Source of the DNA: Schmidtea nova
Lineage: Eukaryota
DNA length: 33,218 bases
Direction of reading: 5' to 3'
Assembly: GCA_044892505.1 (NCBI GenBank)
Contig: CM097882.1
Span: 309,286,783 to 309,320,000 of the forward strand
Shown here: piece after piece, positions 1 through 10,510 of the stretch
Layout: each line of letters starts with the position of its first letter
Numbering within the stretch: the first letter of the stretch is position 1
Position numbers and translations under genes: made by a program
Notes under the pieces: model-generated
Seen by the model: only the letters and a program-made list of their open reading frames with translations
The model's database searches: none
What the model was told of the DNA's origin: nothing

Positions 1-305
1 GTAGTAATACTGATTATTATTATTATTATTATTATTATTATTGCTATTAATACTATTATTACTACTTGTATTATTATTGTTATTGTTATTATGATAATAA
101 TTATTGCTATAGTGTTGTTATTATCATTATTACTATGGATACTCTTATTACCCATATTATAAATATATCTATCTTGTTTCGGCAGCAATGCTTATGCAGG
201 TCAATCACAGGACTCCACCCCCAGCCAAACCTAAAGAATCATATATATGTATGTATATATGTATATATGAATGTGTGTATGCATGTGTATGTGTGTATGT
301 GTATA
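1..305. repeat. (TAT/TAC)n and (TA/TATG)n microsatellite-like low-complexity DNA
   Basis: Runs of tattat at 1-135 and atatgt/gtgtat at 240-305. ORF 66..362 is an artefact of these. Confidence 0.85.
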
Positions 306-614
306 TATAGGATCAACTCAGGAAAAAATATACAAATTCCAATTATTAACTTGAAAGACTAAAAACTATTACAAATAATTTTTTATAAATTTAGAAAAAA
401 AAATTTTTTTTAACTAACATTAAAATAACAAATCAACAAAATAAAAATAATTTTGAAAAATTTCTAAAAAAATATATGTATATATGTGTATGTATGTATA
501 TATGTATATATTTAAGTTAAAATTCAAAACATAATTAAAAAGTACTTTGTTTAAATTTGCAGAATTAATTAAAAATAACAATGTCGAGAAAATCTTTGGA
601 ATTAAAATATTTGG

Positions 615-665
615 AGAGCTTGGTTGAATTTCTCCACAGTGCCATTCATAGCACTGTGTCAGAAA
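615..665 (-). pseudogene. Degenerate 51-nt 28S rRNA fragment from just upstream of the R2 target
   Basis: Reverse complement TTTCTGACACAGTGCTATGAATGGCACTGTGGAGAAATTCAACCAAGCTCT matches conserved 28S TTTCTGCCCAGTGCTCTGAATGTCAAAGTGAAGAAATTCAA. It shares the GTGCTATG and AAGCTCT variants with the copy at 3464-3539. Confidence 0.75.
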
Positions 666-719
666 AAAACAGGTTAATAGGATACATTACTCTTTTACTT
701 TATTTTAAGGAGGATTAAA

Positions 720-1260
720 ATATTCCCATAAACGATGCCAGGACAGCCTGGACGAAGATCAAAATGAACTGGCGGAACCCGAATAGTGGATCCATAACTA
801 CTATTGAAGCCCTAATGAAACACCCACCAGCGATACAGAGAGATAGCAAGACCTCGGGTTTCGAGTCGAAACGGATATGACGTGCTCTGGAACGGGCTGG
901 TCCATGGTGATGGTGGAGACCATTTAGCAATAGATGGAGGCCTGAAGGATGTGGCCCGAGCTGCTGGAGACAGTCCGGCATATGTCCAGACGAGTGATGG
1001 AACCCGAAGCCCGAGTCTTAGTGTGGGGAGAGAGAATGATTTTCTTCCAGGCGGACATATTCCTACTAATGAAAAGAAAATATTTTGGCGACCTGAGGAG
1101 GGGTGATGATGAGTCCTTTCCGGATCGGCGTGTGATTGGCAGCGTTGGGGGTGCTTTGGATTTGATGGATACAGGGCAGATTCCCATGAATTTCAATGCA
1201 AGGAGGAATACTTACTCATATAATGAGCCCACTTATGTGCTGTGTTTTAATATCTCGTGT
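720..1260 (+). pseudogene. Frameshifted unknown ORF, possibly a distant member of the ORF-X family
   Basis: GC-richer island reading YDVLWNG...(frameshift)WPELLE...RVLVWGERMIFFQAD. This aligns loosely with EIIWHG...WP...RFQIYYKGKNFWARD at 20804-21241. Confidence 0.3.
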
Positions 1261-1289
1261 ATAATCCCAACTCATCTTTAAAATTCCTT

Positions 1290-2360
1290 GCGTTACAGTA
1301 AATATTACCGTTACTAGTATTTATTAGTAATATCCTTATTCTTAATTATATTCTTAATACTATTTGTATTTAGTTATATCTTTATTCCTAACTATATTAT
1401 TAATACTATTTTTCTTACCAATACTATTACTATATACTTTTGATACTTCTATTACTATTAGTATCTCTCTTACTATTATATCTACCACTACACTACTCTT
1501 ATATATAATATTGATACTATTGATACTTCCATTACTATTAGTATCTCTCTTACTATACTGATATTATTACTAGTGTCTCTCATACATAAAACTACTGATA
1601 CCACTATAGTTACTAAATCATACTACCTATCTTCCCATTCAACCTCATATCATATAATAATCTAACTACAAAATCTGAACTACAAATATCATCCCACCTC
1701 ATACCAACTCAACCAAATTCTGTTACTTTCTCTTATAAATATCCTACACGATCACTTATTACTACTATTACTTCTCGCTGTACACATATTACTACTGATA
1801 TTACTATGTCATTATTAGTATCACTATCATCTTATTACTATTTACTATTAATACTGCTATTATTAATATCTCTTTTACTACTCTTATATATACTATTGAT
1901 ATACTATATACTATTGATACTGCTACTATTACTAGTATTCCTCAAACTATTATATCTGCTACTACAAATATAATCCCCGATCTCATTTTAACTCATATTA
2001 AATCACATTCTGCTATATTCCCTTAAGAATACTATTGCACCATTGTCTAATGCACTGGAGATGTCCACTTATTACTACTAGTACTACTGATACCACTATC
2101 ACGCAACAATTACTAAACCATACTTCCTCTTCTCAATTAAACTGTATAAACTTCACCATTGATACTCTTAACTCATACTTGTTCTCTCCTCTCACTTTAT
2201 CGTTAATAATTCCCTAGACTATACCAGCTCTCTTAATCTCATAAACCAGACTCTAATTACCTTAATATACGCTATATACCCATCCAACATCCCCATAACT
2301 ACTAGAGATATATAATTTAAACATATTCACTATAATTTAGATATCAAATGGATGCAATAA
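1290..2360. repeat. Decayed TAC/TAT-rich low-complexity tract
   Basis: Recurrent ctattacta, tattgatac and agtatctctcttacta motifs; no credible protein. Confidence 0.7.
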
Positions 2361-3340
2361 TATAAACAAACAACCCAAGATGCCAACTTGAACCTCAACT
2401 TATTAAAAATACAAATGCTGAAGATGCAATGAAACGAACTCGAGATCCCATCTCGGAACCGAGCTTGATAGAAGATTATGTGAAACCTCGATGGAAGTAA
2501 GCCCATGCTACTCTTACAGCTGGGCTAATCCGAAAGGATTATACCTAGCTCACCAGAGATAGGATTTTTTTTAATAAATCTTATGTTATTAAAAAAAAAC
2601 CGGGAGTAGATTAGCCTCAGAGCTAACCGGCCCTATAAAGGACAGCACCCACCATGTTTCCTCGGCCGGGCGGCACCGAGTTTTTCATTCAAATCAATCT
2701 ACCAGCGACAACCGTACTAATTAAGCGTTCTCCAACATTAGCATGTTGAGTCTTAAATTAGCTTCGTGCACGAACGGATCTTGGATCGTATACTACGGGG
2801 GGCGATCCAATTTCCTATAGAACATAGAAAAAAGGGGCTCATGTCGTAGAAGATCGAGATCACCTCTTAGTTACGGGAACAAATCGAACGCGACAGGGAC
2901 CTGCTCCCCTGTTTTATCCAAGGCCATTGCTGGTCCTCGGGCCTATCCGGTGCCACTTTCGTGGGCTTATCATGTTAATCAAGCTATTTTTGACAGGTTC
3001 TGCGGGCATCTAACAATTTGAAGACATCAAATTGTATACTAGAGAAGCGAACTTATTCACTAACTAGTCAGGCGAAAGTTAAAATTATTTCGGGTTGCCC
3101 CAAAATACCCTTAACCAGCTTTGCAAACAAGCAAACATTGAATGAATTACTGAAATGTATCTTGCCATACCATTAAACAACGTTAAACTACAACCAAGAC
3201 CGTTGGGTCTTATCCCTCTGTAGGAAGGGAAACTGATGAGGAACATAAAATGTATCTAGAGATACCCTTCCATCAGTTCGGCGCCAAACATTAACTATTA
3301 ACATTTTGCAATGTATCTAGATAAACCAGTTAATGAGTGA

Positions 3341-3487
3341 CTCGGGAGTTAGTACAGTTCACCGAAGCAAACCGTTGCAGCTGGACCGTGTGCAGGTCTT
3401 CCTGAAAACGACTTTATCGCTACGCGACAAAATCCCTACAACTCAAGCGCCCCGAAGGGTCTGAAGAGAGTCATAGTTACTCCAGCC
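3341..3487 (-). ncRNA. HDV-like self-cleaving ribozyme at the element 5' junction
   Basis: P1 GGCUGG(A)/(U)CCAGCU with G-U at +1. P3 ACC/GGU. L3 UGCACAC. P1.1 GC/GC. P4 is 9 bp with a C(UUCG)G loop. J4/2 ACUAA, with the catalytic C at 3352. P2 GGAAG/CUCCC has one mismatch. Order and spacing fit the HDV double pseudoknot. Confidence 0.85.
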
Positions 3488-3539
3488 GTTAACCAGAGCT
3501 TAGTTGAATTTCTTCACATTGACATTCATAGCACTGGGC
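3464..3539 (-). pseudogene. 76-nt 28S rRNA fragment ending at the R2-type insertion site
   Basis: Reverse complement GCCCAGTGCTATGAATGTCAATGTGAAGAAATTCAACTAAGCTCTGGTTAACGGCTGGAGTAACTATGACTCTCTT is followed by non-rDNA instead of AAGGTAGCC. Confidence 0.93.
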
Positions 3540-3913
3540 TGTCCCCACAGGGCATTGACACAACATTGAAACCTGACCTGCTGATCAAATCAAGTAGAAC
3601 AATGGATAACATACACATCCTGGATATAAAGGTGCCATATGAAAGTCAGGAGAACTTTGATAATGCTCGCAATAACAACTATGCAAAGTACAAGTCCCTT
3701 GCTATGGATCTAGGAAAAGTGCATAAGAAAAGAGTAACTGTTTCAGCACTTGTTATTGGAACCCTTGGATCCTGGGACAATGCCAACGAACCAGGACTAA
3801 AGAAGATAGGCCTTACTAAAACCGAAATAAAGGCTCTTGCCAGAAAATGCGCCATCAATGCAGTTGTCGCAAGCTACCACATCTACCGAGAACACACGTC
3901 CAGAAGCAAATAA
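3540..3913 (+). pseudogene. C-terminal restriction-like endonuclease domain of a non-LTR retrotransposon (NeSL/R5/Utopia-like)
   Basis: KPDL...ILDIKVPYE...AR...KY...ALVIGTLGSW...IYREH gives the PD-(D/E)xK RLE signature. 5'-truncated at the junction. Confidence 0.85.
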
Positions 3914-4182
3914 TATCAAATGTTAAAAACTAAAGCCATTCTAAGAGTGAGCACGCTCCTCTTTTAGCCTTAATTGGCGCCGATTTCTTTTGAAATCTTT
4001 TGTTATTGAATAAAATTTAATTTTTTTTTATGTCGCGTTAAAGCCGTTTACCAGCCTAAATTATAATTTGTTGAAATAACTTTTCTAGTTTTTAAAAATA
4101 CTGCAACGTAATATATATTTAGTCATAATTCTCTATCATTTTCTTGAACTTGATTTGATGATGTTAATACCTTTACTGCCTC

Positions 4183-4281
4183 TTACTCGATTCTGATTGG
4201 CTAATAAGAATAAATTTCTTACCCCTTACTCGATTTTTATTGGTCAAAGGTTATGTGTGTGTAATAACTTTGATATATAAA
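4183..4281 (+). promoter_or_regulatory. Pol II promoter of the PolB unit: two reverse CCAAT boxes and a TATA box
   Basis: TTACTCGATT(C/T)T(G/T)ATTGG at 4183-4200 and 4226-4243; TATATAAA at 4274-4281; ATG at 4331. Confidence 0.55.
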
Positions 4282-4330
4282 CAATACTTTTTCATTCATT
4301 ATTCACTTTAACAAATAATAAACATTTAAA

Positions 4331-7300
4331 ATGAACATTATAACAAGTTTTATGAACGAAAACCCAAGTGGAAAAGAAAATGGTAAATTTATTTTTTAAT
4401 TTTTTATCATTTAGTATTAATTTAGGTAATATCAATAATTCAATTGGGAAATCGATGCTAGAAAATGCGGAAGAAAATGGTACTTAATTATTACCTTAGT
4501 AAATTATTTAACTTTTACTTTAGGTGATGTAAATATGACTGGACAAACTACCGTACAAGCTGAGATTGTTAATAATGAGAATATTATGAATAATGGAGTT
4601 ATACCTGATATGGTATTGAATGTCCAATGTAAGTATTGATTAATTTTAATTAATTTGATTATATTTTGATAATTAATTTAATCAATTTAGTAAATAACTT
4701 TAGTAAAATATTTGTAAATATATATTTTTGGTAATATTTTGTAATAATTTAAATAATCTTTACCTTACGTAAACAGTTAATTTAAACAAATTCCTTTAAT
4801 ATTATTTTGTAATAAGTTTTATATTAAATTTAAATTTTTTTAGAAATTATTATATTTAAATCATATTTATTTTAAATTTCATATTTATTTTCTAATAATT
4901 CATACTTTTATTAATTTATTTTAATGATTTTTTGATAAATTTAAAGATATTTCATATTAAGGTAAATTTTATGCGAATTATTGTAAGTCGACAAATCATA
5001 ACGACTGCCACAAATTAATGGAGCGATACTATCGTATTATAAATAACCAAGTCACCTTCTATTTATGTCCCACGTGTAAGAGCGCCCAACATATAAATTA
5101 CATTGATTTTTATTTCCAACATTATCTCCATTTAAATCAATTCTTATGTACTAAGAAAAGTCTTTTCACATTAATTAATAAAAGTAAACGACGAAATGTT
5201 ACTGTTTGTCCTAAACCGGCTAAAATAATTGTAATATCCGATGATAAAGATGTCCATTCACCAAATGACGATGTTTTAGTTATTCCTAATTTACATGTTG
5301 TCCAATATGGCGGTTCTGTTGAACCTTTGATTAAATATAATTTGAACAAATCGTATGCCATTGTTAAAATGGATGTGGATTCTTTAAATTTAAATTAATT
5401 AATTATTCCTTCGCCTTTATTAAATAAATTTAATTCAGTTATTTCCAAAATGGGATATGTAAAAGTACAGTTTTGCATTGATGTAGAATTTGAAAAAACT
5501 GGGGAATTTCAATCTTTTATAATATCAAATTCCGCAAAGCCAATGAGTGATACCTTTTTAGATGAAGGTATTGCTCTATTAAGTGAAAAAATGACTAAAG
5601 TCTGTGAAAATGGCAGCAATTGGTCAATTAATAAAATTAAAGAAATAAGCTTTAAACTTACAAAATATTCCCAAATAAGTAGATTGAGTGGTCACGGTTC
5701 TTGTTCAACCCCACCATCATTAAAGGCAAAACATTGCAGTGTCAATGTAAAGAATACAGATAAATTGTGTTTTATATAGTATTTTGGCAATTTTAAAATA
5801 CAAGGATGTGAAATCTAATAGAAGTAAGTTTTATAATTATAATCCCTCAGACCTTGTGTTTGAGCCTTCTGATTTTCCAATGAAATTATGTAATATCCCC
5901 AAATTTGAAGCGAAAACCCTGGACTGGCTATAAATATCCTTTTATATGATGAGTATTATCTAAATAATATTAATGAAGAGGAGGAAGTCATGAAACATCC
6001 ATTTGTAGATATTATTCATAGGTCAAAGGTTGTAGGCGGCACTCCAATTAATTTGATTTTGTTAGAGGAAAATGACTTTTCATTATATTGCAGTTACCAA
6101 TATTAATAGACTTTTGAATTGTGACACTCTTTCTGTTACTGATGTTCAAATAGGGTGCACTTGGTGCGAGCGTTGCTTGAATGGTTTTAGATTGACTGAA
6201 GCTTTTGAGAAACATCATGCTTTATGCATAAAAAACCAGTTAGGTACAACTTTATACACTTTACCTTCAGATAAGAACTTGGAATTAAAGATTGGTCAAA
6301 GATTGTTACCCCTCCTTTTGTTGTATATGCTGATTTTGAGGCTGTTTTACCCAAGGACGATAAGTATTTTCAACGTCACTTGCCTATCTCTGCTGGCTTG
6401 TTGCTTATTAATAACTTTACTGGCGAAAAATCGTGTAAAAGGTTTTATGGTCTTAACTGTGTAGAAGAGTTTTTGACCGAAATCAATGATATAGGAGAAA
6501 AAGTAGTTTTACCTTACTTTATAAATAATTCCAAAAAGAAAATGGAATATCTTTCCCCTGCACAAATAAGATCATTTTGTAGTTCTATAATTTGTTATTT
6601 GTGTAATAAACCTTTGAAAAATCCGGTTAAAGATCATGACCATTATACAGGTAAATACTTGGGTGCGGCTTCCTCTGAATGCAATTTTTCTCGGCAAATA
6701 AGATTCATCATGCCAGTCATATTTCATAATTTACGCGGATATGATTTGCATCATATCCTCAAGTATGGTTTAAATAAATTGGATAAATGGAATATAAGTT
6801 GTATTCCTACTACAAATGAAAAGTTTTTGACTTTATATGCAAGAGTCGATAGTTTAACTATTAAATTTATCGATTCTTGCCAATTTGTAAGCTGTAACTT
6901 AAACGATGCTGTAAAGACTTTAACAGATTTTCCTCTTACTTCATCCGAATTTATAGGGACTATTATTACTTCCAAAGGCATATTCCCATAAAATTTTGCA
7001 ACATCTTTAGAGGTTTTACAAAATACATACGAGTTGCCACCGATTTGGAAGGGAGTTAATATTGACGAATATGAAAAAGCTCAACAGATATGGGATGAAT
7101 TTAATTGTGAAACATTGTTTGATTATATGATGCTATATCTGAAATTGGATGTTTTCTTACTTGCCGACTTTTTTCAGCAATTTAGGGCAAATTCCATTAC
7201 ACATAACCGACTTGAGCCTCTTAATTTCTTGGGAATTCCAGGCATGTCATGGAATTCCGCTTTGATGACTTTGAAATCTCCAATTGAATTGCTTCAAGAT

Positions 7301-8707
7301 ATGGAGATGTATAATTTTTTGAAAGGAGATCCGTGGTAGGTTAACATTTGTTAACAAACACCATGTAGTATCCTCCGACAACACTGAGCTTCTTTATATA
7401 GATATAAATAATTTATATGGGTGGGACTTAAGCCAAAAACTACCTTATAAAGAATTTAAATGGGTAACTGATAGGGAAAAATTAAATAAAATAATTTATT
7501 ACTGTGAATCTGTTGATTTAGAAGTATTAACAATTGGATTTACATTAAAAGTCGATTTAGAAATTCCTGATTCGATTCACGACAAGCTGGATGATTTGCC
7601 AGTTGCCGCTGAAAAGATGTGTCCACCTGGCTCAAAGGTTGAGAAGTTGATGCTTACGCATTATCCCAAGAAGAACTATGTTCTTCATTGGAGACTTCTC
7701 AAACTTTTTCTTTCTCTTGGAGTAAAAATAAATCATGTCCATAGGGCAATTAAATTTAAACAAGCATGTATTTTTAAGGATTACATCGATACCAATACCA
7801 GACTTAGAGCAGAATCAAGTAATGCTCTGGGTAAAAATTATTATAAATTATTAAATAATAGTCTCTACGGTAAAACCGTAGAGAATCTTAAAAAGCGCAT
7901 AAATTTAAGATTATGTAATTCGGCTTCTAGGCTGATTACATATACTTCTAAGCCAAATTTCAAAAGGACTTTCAAAATTGACGATGATTTGGTTGCCGTC
8001 TTACTGAATAAAGATTCGGTGTGTTTGGATAGACCCAGTTACATTGGTCAAACTGTACTGGATCTATCTAAACTTAGAATGTACCAGCTGCAGTATGAAG
8101 AGTTACAAAAATATCGTAACGAATTCAACTGCGAAATCAACATCGTAGCTGGTGACACTGATTCATTTTTTCTTGAGATTAGAAATTGTAAGCTTGATAT
8201 TCTTTTACCGGTCATGATAAGAGATAACTTACTTGACACTTCTAATTATGATCCGAATCACCCATTATATAGTAGGAACCTTGATTCTGTCATTGGCAAA
8301 TTCAAAGACGAGAATAAAGGGCTTAAATACGAGGAGTGGGTGTTTCTTAGACCTAAATGTAATAGTCTTTTAGGTGACGAGGAAACTAATAAAGCTAAAG
8401 GGGCAACATTATCGGATACTGACATAAAGCATCAGTCGTACCTGGACTGTTTTAATAATAACCAAATATTTTCTGTTCCCCAAACGAGAATCACAAGTAA
8501 AAATCACCAACTTTTTACTATTAAAAATGAAAGACTGCACTGACAAATGCAGATGATAAAAGGAAATGGGTTGCGAAAAATAAAAGCTTGGCATATGGCC
8601 ATTATATGGGAGGTGACTTGGTTATATTTCAACATACCGATCCAAGAATCAATCCAGATCAACAATTTCAAGATCAAACTGAAGAAGAAACAGTTTTATT
8701 TAAATAA
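4331..8707 (+). pseudogene. polB: Spliced protein-primed family-B DNA polymerase (Polinton/Maverick type), inactivated by stops and frameshifts
   Basis: Exo motifs YADFE, FHNLRGYD and YLKLDV; Pol motifs DINNLYG, KLLNNSLYGK and GDTDS; KFKDE and KAKG. Predicted introns 4383-4425, 4480-4523 and 4629-4961 keep frame into ORF 5018. In-frame stop at 5396 and several frameshifts downstream. Confidence 0.92.
6593..6685 (+). other. Endonuclease VII (His-Me finger) domain embedded in PolB
   Basis: CYLCNKPL...VKDHDHYTGKYLGAA..ECN pattern between the ExoI and ExoII motifs. Confidence 0.8.
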
Positions 8708-10206
8708 ATTTTGTTGAAAAACTTTGTTTTTTCATTTATTTAGTTATATATTGCACAGATTAGTTTCAGTCTGTTTTTATAATTTGGGTAATAGTTTTTA
8801 GAAACTGTTGTTATGTCATAGAAATAATAGTAATATTAATAATAATAATAATAATTGTAATAAATAATTAGTTTAATATTTATCGTATTTCACCATGTAA
8901 TTTTTTTGTTGTGCAGAATTGTCTCATTTTGTTGTTTGCTTATAATATTTTGAGTAGTGCTTTCATTGAACGTTTATCATTGAAGTATTTCAAAAATTAT
9001 AATATCAATAATAACTTATACTAACAAAAGTAAATTAATAATATATAAAAAAAACTAATTAAAAAAAAATTAATTAATAAAAATTTAATTTAAATTAAAA
9101 AAAAATTAATTAATTAATTAATAAAAAAAAATAATAAAAAATTCCAAACATTTAAACAAAACACACTTTAAAAATGGCGTCAAAAAACGCGCGATAACTC
9201 ATATGGATCCAGACCTGACACTGTCTGCTACTGAAGATAAAGCATTAAATAGGACTTGCGTGTATAGAAACAATAAAAAAACAAAAAAACAAAAAGAATA
9301 AGACTAAAAACAGGGAATAAGTTAAAAATTGGAACTAAAAACGGGGGCGAAAGTAGTTAGGAATAGGAGGTAATACAATCAATAAGTTAAAAACAATAGA
9401 TAGGGACAAACAATTAAAATACAAAGGGATAAATAAAAACAATAATACAAGGGGACGAAAGAAAGCAAAGGGATAAAAGAGACGGGGGTTGGATAATCGC
9501 GACAGATAAACTAATAAAGGGATAGAAAGCAACATCGACAAAAGGGAAATATACGCCTAAAGAAAAAAGATCGGGGGATAAATGTTAACACAGAGAGTAA
9601 ATACGGGAGAAAGGGGTATGATGAGATAATAAAAGATGGAGATTTATTATTAAATGGGATGGAACTACTGACCGGTTTTCGGACATTCACCACTGTCGAG
9701 AGAGAAAAGCGAGATGTGAAAATGTGTGTAAATGACAAAATAATACTTTTGAGATACTTTCAAGTAGTACTTTAGGAATCCCATGGGTAAACTGACAGAT
9801 CAAACTAACCAGGGAAAAATAGGAAGGTGCCCATCGCAGATGTCGGGAAGTCTCTGTGGTATGACTGATCACCATGCTGTGCAGTGATGGACTGACGCGA
9901 TAGTGTTATATCTTTTTGGTTGGGGAGAGAAATAGGAAAACCTAGGGGAATAATAGGCGCGATAAAACAAAACCAAAAGAAGAGAAGTAAATATGTAACA
10001 ACTGGCCAGAGATAGGAAGCGTTATAAAATAAAAGAGATAAGTTAGCATTAAATAGAGGAAAGTAAACGACGTCGTAGTGAATTAATTGGGATATGTAAT
10101 CAGCTCTCGAGAATTTATAAAGTTACTAGTAATATAGACAAGATAATAGTAAGTAGATAGATATTTTTAACCGTAAATTTAAGATGTTTTGAAACATAGA
10201 CCCAAG

Positions 10207-10510
10207 ATGTAATTGTAGCGATCCTGAAATGCCCTGTAATTTTCTGGTCCATATGTAATTGTAGCGATCCTGGAATGCCCTGCAATTTTCGGGTCCAGAT
10301 GGGACATTTTATTGGTCGGTGAGCAAAGAGAGGGATGTCGACTTCAACTCAAACTAGTAGCCGACTCTGACCAGGAAAGAGGGTAGGGAAGCACCCATTT
10401 CCAAACTAGCAGCCAGATTATTTTTCGGCCAGAAGGAGCCAATCATAAATTATTGTAGGCCAGAGGGAGCCAATCATAAATTATTGTAGGCCAGAGGGAG
10501 CCAATCGTGA
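10207..10510 (+). repeat. 46-bp tandem duplication and 31-bp CCAAT-containing tandem repeats
   Basis: atgtaattgtagcgatcctg... occurs twice (10207-10298). ggccaga(a/g)ggagccaatcataaattattgta occurs about 2.7 times (10427-10510). Confidence 0.9.

Larger units (their letters stand above)
2600..4020. mobile_element. Rearranged rDNA-targeting RLE non-LTR retrotransposon remnant (inverted 5' leader joined to 3' end, RT missing)
   Basis: - strand 28S target, ribozyme and leader (3539 to ~2600) abut a + strand RLE domain, 3'UTR and AATAAA (4008-4013). The left boundary is approximate. Confidence 0.7.

Noticed and set aside
2418-2450. CTGAAGA...GAAAC minimal hammerhead (also CTGATGA at 32458)
   Set aside because: No pairable stem II or GUH cleavage triplet at 2418; no GAAA at 32458.
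2600-2720. Second HDV-like ribozyme around TTCCTCGG on the + strand
   Set aside because: Could not form P1, P2 and P3 consistently.
3231-3290. CTGATGA as a hammerhead ribozyme core
   Set aside because: No GAAA after stem II; the motif is one arm of a simple hairpin with CATCAG.
2600-3463. Group I intron, since the junction lies within a base of the Tetrahymena L1925 site
   Set aside because: No ordered P/Q/R/S core, no IGS and no 3' exon; the HDV fold explains the junction.
9172-9190. tRNA-Asn-like PBS (TGGCGTC)
   Set aside because: Only 7 nt match and there is no LTR-ending CA directly upstream.
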